From assembly GCA_020353515.1 (NCBI GenBank), contig CP070695.1, forward strand, positions 224,604 to 235,543: DNA of 10,940 nt. The letters are read 5' to 3'. This DNA is from Candidatus Heimdallarchaeota archaeon (lineage in GTDB: Archaea; Asgardarchaeota; Heimdallarchaeia; Hodarchaeales; Hodarchaeaceae). The first letter of the stretch is position 1. The number at the start of each line of letters is the position of its first letter. The translations under genes and the position numbers were made by a program. Positions 7,347 through 10,940 of this stretch are shown piece after piece. Under the pieces are notes generated by a model. That model saw only the letters and a program-made list of their open reading frames with translations, did no database searches and was not told the origin of the DNA.

Positions 7347-7654
7347 AATGATTGAAACGCTAGCCCCATAGCTATTTCGGGAAGAACCAGCTATTCTTGT
7401 TGCATTCACCCTTCTACCAAAACAATGATTGAAGTATTATGGGGATCAAGTGTTCGCGATCTTTAACGAAAGCTGCATTCACCCTTCTACCAAAACAATG
7501 ATTGAAGTATTATGGGGATCAAGTGTTCGCGATCTTTAACGAAAGCTGCATTCACCCTTCTGTTAAAACAATGATTGAGTAACTCACATTTTCCTCCTAC
7601 TCCGTTATGGAGATTTTGTTGCATCCACTCTTCTGCCAAAACAATGATTGAAAC
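7347..7654 (+). CRISPR. Degenerate mini CRISPR-like array with no cas genes in the window: 37-bp repeats (consensus about GTTGCATTCACCCTTCTRCCAAAACAATGATTGAAAC) and 4 spacers, 2 of them identical
   Basis: Repeats at 7399-7435, 7472-7508, 7545-7581 and 7618-7654 (period 73), plus the remnant AATGATTGAAAC at 7347-7358. Spacers: 7359-7398 (40 nt), 7436-7471 = 7509-7544 (36 nt), 7582-7617 (36 nt). GTT...ATTGAAAC ends are typical of Cas6-processed type I/III repeats. Confidence 0.85.
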
Positions 7655-8091
7655 TTGAGAAAAACAAAGAGCGAAACTTTCAAGATGTAAATTATACAGG
7701 AAAACCGTTTATTGGCATTGTGAAACATTATGGGGTTGGAGTAAGAGTTATGAAAGCAATTCATGAGTCCTCATTGATTTTACCTGATGAATGGTATCAC
7801 ATTAAAGTAACGCGAGAGTCAGATTTATTCAGTGTATATTTAGACGGTGACCTAATAATGAGATATGATGACCCTGATCCTTTCGATAATTATTGGGATT
7901 TTGAAAAGGAATCCCATCAGTTTCAATTTGCATCTCATGGCCAGACTCGTTTCGATAACATAACAGTCACGGAAAATACAGGCAAGAATGAATCTAAAAT
8001 TGCACCAGGTTGGGATATTCCTACGTTCATAATAGTCCTATCAGTGATGATCGGAATGAGAGAAAGAAAGAGGAGGATAAGAAAGAGTTAA
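7648..8091 (+). pseudogene. C-terminal fragment of a surface protein (ConA/LamG-like beta-sandwich + PGW-CTERM-like anchor) lacking its N-terminus
   Basis: EWYHIKVTR..FSVYLDG and FDNITV motifs, and the tail APGWDIPTFIIVLSVMIGMRERKRR. No signal peptide. The computed TTG start lies inside the last CRISPR repeat. Confidence 0.6.
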
Positions 8092-8311
8092 CAACTCGGA
8101 AATCCTTCAAAGATAAGCCGAATTCTCGCAAAAGATGGGTGAAATTTGGGGTGAAATCTGGCTACCAATCCCCAATAAGGGGTACATTTTTTACATCCTG
8201 CCTGCAGTATGAGTTATCATCTGCATCATAAATCGTCAGAATTTGAAATACTAAATACAAATGGAATAAAAAAGCTTTCAGGAATAGAAATGATAACATT
8301 TCCTACTCTAT

Positions 8312-10195
8312 CTATTTTTTAATCACAGGTAAACCTATATAACTCGGATGGCTGGGATTTCGGTGTAGTTTGATCATTGGTGGGGGATCCAATACAGGCG
8401 TGTCGAAATTGCTGGTGTCGGCAAAAGCAAGCGTGATCCGAATGCGATCTCCCTCCTTAAACTGATATGAAGTCGGTAGGAGATCGAAGACCAATTCGAA
8501 AGGTTCTCCTACTGTGAGGGGTTCGAGGTCGCTTTCATAATAACGGTGATAGGGAAGATCGAGATTTTCATAGGGCGGAGCGTTTATGGCCCGATGTGAG
8601 GCTCTGAGATTACCCTCGGTGATGTAGGTCGATTTTCCTTTACTATCCACAGTTTCCATGTAGACAAAAACATCCAAATCCACGGAATCGGTTGTTAGCC
8701 AGAGATGGATGACAGGATGGCCAGTGACCTCCATGTTACCATCCAACGGTGGTGTCGTGTAAGTAAGTGCTTTTTCATCGTTATCACGCATATTGGGGTA
8801 ATTACTGGCTCTAAGAACAGCACCCCAGCGCGAATTTTCACCGCTGGTAGTCGTATAATTTACCCTATAAGTGTCATTTGCTTTTGGGGAAGTCGGCTCT
8901 TCGAGGGTCAGGAATCCATCGTTAGTCGAGGCAACGCTGCCAGTCTTACCGGAGTGAAAATAGAATCGTATCTGTTCTTGGTTTGAAAGCGGCCAAAGAT
9001 CACTCGGTTGCCAAGCTTCCTTCTTCGGCGTGTTAATGGTGTAGTAATAGATGGGTGACTCGGTCATGATCCCATTATCGATACCCTTGAGCCAATAATC
9101 GAACCAGCGGTGCACCTCGGCTCCAAAATCAAGGTCGGAGCCATCACCTTCAACTTCGCTGTGATCTAGTGGCCGGATGATCAGACGCCGCGGAACGGTT
9201 AAGTTGGTGTACCAAAGGAACATATCACCAGTGAATAGGTCGTACCAACCATTGGTCATGTAGATCGGAATACCAGCTTGATTAATCCGCTCAATGAAAG
9301 GGTAGAGCGCAAAATCCCCCTCCCAGACATTATCACCCTTAGGGGTTGTACTGTCGCGAAATGGGTACTTCTTGAGAACCTCCACCGATTTTTCGCTAAC
9401 CGTCGCACCGCTGCGTTCTGCACGCGCCTGAGCCATGAGTACTCCGTTCTCATCATCGTCCACAGGTGTTGCCATGACTTCCAGCGCGCTTATGGACCAT
9501 GAAAACAGGGTGTTGAAGGTTTGGTTATAAACACCACCCCGGTAGTTGACCGCACTGTAGCTGTCCAGAGAACTGGAGATCGGAAAAATGGCTTTCAGGT
9601 GTGAGTTGCCGGTACTTGCGGCCGCGAATTGGATCATCGCTTGCCATGAATCGCCATACATGCCGATATAGCCATTACACCATTCCTGAGCAGCGATCCA
9701 ATCCAGGATTTCATTGGCTTGTTTAGCCCCAACTTCAAAAGATGGATCCATGACCCCGAAGGAAGCACCTGTCCCAGGTCGTTCGACCACTATAACAGCA
9801 TAACCATGGTGGAGCAGAATTTTTAACCAGCTGGTATTAAAGACTGCGTCCATCAGGTGTCCTTGATTGGAGGTCTTGTAACGTATGCGGAGCATAACTT
9901 TCTGGAACCAGTTCAAATCGTACAATTCTCCAAGCAGGAAATTACCATCTGCATCAAAAATCGTAAAAGCACGCAGGTAGGGCGTGTATTTGAAGAGCGT
10001 AGGCAAAGGTTCATCTGCTGGCACACCATCTTTCGTGGGCAGAAGAAGGTCATATGCTAACCGAGTGCCATCGCTAAGAGTCAGGTATTTTGAGTGGCGC
10101 TTATAACCATCAAAGATAGCATCCGAATAACCTTGGTATTGGCCGAATTGGGATACTTTCTTACCATTTGTTATTTTGCTTAAGATTTTGTACAT
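8312..10195 (-). CDS. CocE/NonD family hydrolase (peptidase S15 / PepX C-terminal domain)
   Basis: LSDGTRLAYDL, YTPY, GYAVIVVERPGTGASFG, WIAAQEWCNG.IGMYGDSW, GWYD, RWFDYWLKG, PTSYQFKEGDRIR. Confidence 0.93.
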   Translation of the reverse strand: MYKILSKITNGKKVSQFGQYQGYSDAIFDGYKRHSKYLTLSDGTRLAYDLLLPTKDGVPADEPLPTLFKYTPYLRAFTIFDADGNFLLGELYDLNWFQKVMLRIRYKTSNQGHLMDAVFNTSWLKILLHHGYAVIVVERPGTGASFGVMDPSFEVGAKQANEILDWIAAQEWCNGYIGMYGDSWQAMIQFAAASTGNSHLKAIFPISSSLDSYSAVNYRGGVYNQTFNTLFSWSISALEVMATPVDDDENGVLMAQARAERSGATVSEKSVEVLKKYPFRDSTTPKGDNVWEGDFALYPFIERINQAGIPIYMTNGWYDLFTGDMFLWYTNLTVPRRLIIRPLDHSEVEGDGSDLDFGAEVHRWFDYWLKGIDNGIMTESPIYYYTINTPKKEAWQPSDLWPLSNQEQIRFYFHSGKTGSVASTNDGFLTLEEPTSPKANDTYRVNYTTTSGENSRWGAVLRASNYPNMRDNDEKALTYTTPPLDGNMEVTGHPVIHLWLTTDSVDLDVFVYMETVDSKGKSTYITEGNLRASHRAINAPPYENLDLPYHRYYESDLEPLTVGEPFELVFDLLPTSYQFKEGDRIRITLAFADTSNFDTPVLDPPPMIKLHRNPSHPSYIGLPVIKK

Positions 10196-10370
10196 CTTCT
10201 TCTCCTGATATGATAATACATTATACAGTTTGTATCTTAAACTAAATTCGTTATGATTTAGCGCATAAATTGATGTAAATGCAAGAGCTGTCAGAGTGTT
10301 TTATTCAGAATTCTTTCTTTCATTTACTTAATTTCATTAAAATAAATTTCCTAACAGATTATGCTATATG

Positions 10371-10387
10371 ACATTTACTGTAAATGT
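10371..10387. promoter_or_regulatory. Palindrome ACATTTAC-T-GTAAATGT in the divergent CocE/DUF6326 intergenic region; candidate operator
   Basis: Perfect 8-bp inverted repeat; related half-sites CATTTAC at 10321-10327 and GTAAATG at 10275-10281. Confidence 0.45.
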
Positions 10388-10540
10388 TTCTGTAAAAATT
10401 GTTTAGAATCCACTTTGTAATTACTTTTTACATAAAAAACTAGTTATATACAACATTCCTAACCCTCCGTGCATAAATCTTGCTTTTTCTGAGAGAAATG
10501 ACATCTCAAAAATCAAAATAAATTGAACAGTGACTAAATC

Positions 10541-10936
10541 ATGGAAGATATGAAGATTAATGTCAAGATAAAACTATCAGCTCTCTGGACATCTGTAATG
10601 TTTTTCTATTCATATGCGGATGTTCTGGGATTTTATAAACCAGGGAACCTAGCGGAATTATTAACTGGAGAAATAGGAGGGATACAAATTACTCCAGAAT
10701 TTTTGGTGTTCAGCGCAGTATTAATGGCAATTCCGAGTCTTATGGTTTTCCTATCTCTGATATTGATGGAAAAAGTGAATCGCTGGATAAACATTGTTTT
10801 GGGTATAGTCTATATTGGTGTTATACTCATTACATTGCTTATGCCAGGGAATTGGGCTTATTACATCTTTTATGCCATTGTAGAAGTTATTATCTATGTT
10901 TTGATTATTTGGCATGCTTGGAAGTGGCCTACATAG
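10541..10936 (+). CDS. Small 4-TM membrane protein, DUF6326-like
   Basis: KLSALWTSVMFFYSYADVLGFYKPG...LMAIPSLMVFLSL..K.NRWINI...YYIF..IVE...IIW.AWKWP pattern; GTGA RBS-like motif upstream. Confidence 0.8.
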   Translation: MEDMKINVKIKLSALWTSVMFFYSYADVLGFYKPGNLAELLTGEIGGIQITPEFLVFSAVLMAIPSLMVFLSLILMEKVNRWINIVLGIVYIGVILITLLMPGNWAYYIFYAIVEVIIYVLIIWHAWKWPT

Positions 10937-10940
10937 GAAG

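Noticed and set aside
7582-7617. Spacer 4 minus strand reads AGGAGG-AAA-ATG-TGA near a small hairpin, superficially like a CreT RNA toxin
   Set aside because: SD-ATG spacing is only 3 nt, there are no rare codons after the ATG, and it is on the strand opposite the predicted array transcription.
8010-8231. 73-aa ORF containing the short tandem GGGTGAAAT(T/C)TGG at 8137-8161
   Set aside because: Overlaps the anchor-encoding frame and has no motif; a two-copy 12-bp tandem is uninformative.
8705-10060. ORFs 8705-8986, 9256-9456, 9278-9502 and 9857-10060
   Set aside because: Shadow ORFs inside the GC-richer CocE/NonD gene.
1-10940. cas genes, transposases, integrases, reverse transcriptase, tRNA/rRNA
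   Set aside because: No ORF shows the relevant motifs and no structured RNA gene is recognisable.

Overview
AT-rich, probably archaeal accessory region. An Asgard/Heimdallarchaeia-like origin is inferred from PGF-CTERM-like C-terminal anchors, TATA-like promoters and a wHTH-methyltransferase-fold regulator. It encodes small-molecule hydrolases and regulators: a DUF4386-like membrane protein, a PNPOx-like split-barrel protein, a surface-anchored class C beta-lactamase-like serine hydrolase, an ATC-hydrolase-like protein with a truncated paralog, a PadR-like wHTH fused to a degenerate methyltransferase fold, TetR with an alpha/beta hydrolase, a 5'-truncated anchored LamG-like fragment, a GC-richer CocE/NonD hydrolase and a DUF6326-like membrane protein. 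The ORF track misses four non-coding structures. (1) A degenerate mini CRISPR-like array at 7347-7654 with four 37-bp repeats at an exact 73-bp period, a 12-nt repeat remnant, one duplicated spacer and no cas genes in the window. (2) An identical direct repeat of at least 83 bp (1-83 = 3452-3534) that duplicates the 5' end of a gene and brackets a three-gene segment of about 3.3 kb. (3) A 17-bp direct repeat that tightly brackets the DUF4386-like gene. (4) Three helically phased TTCCA-N4-TGGAA palindromes in the divergent promoter of the wHTH fusion. Family names come from motif recognition, not database searches.
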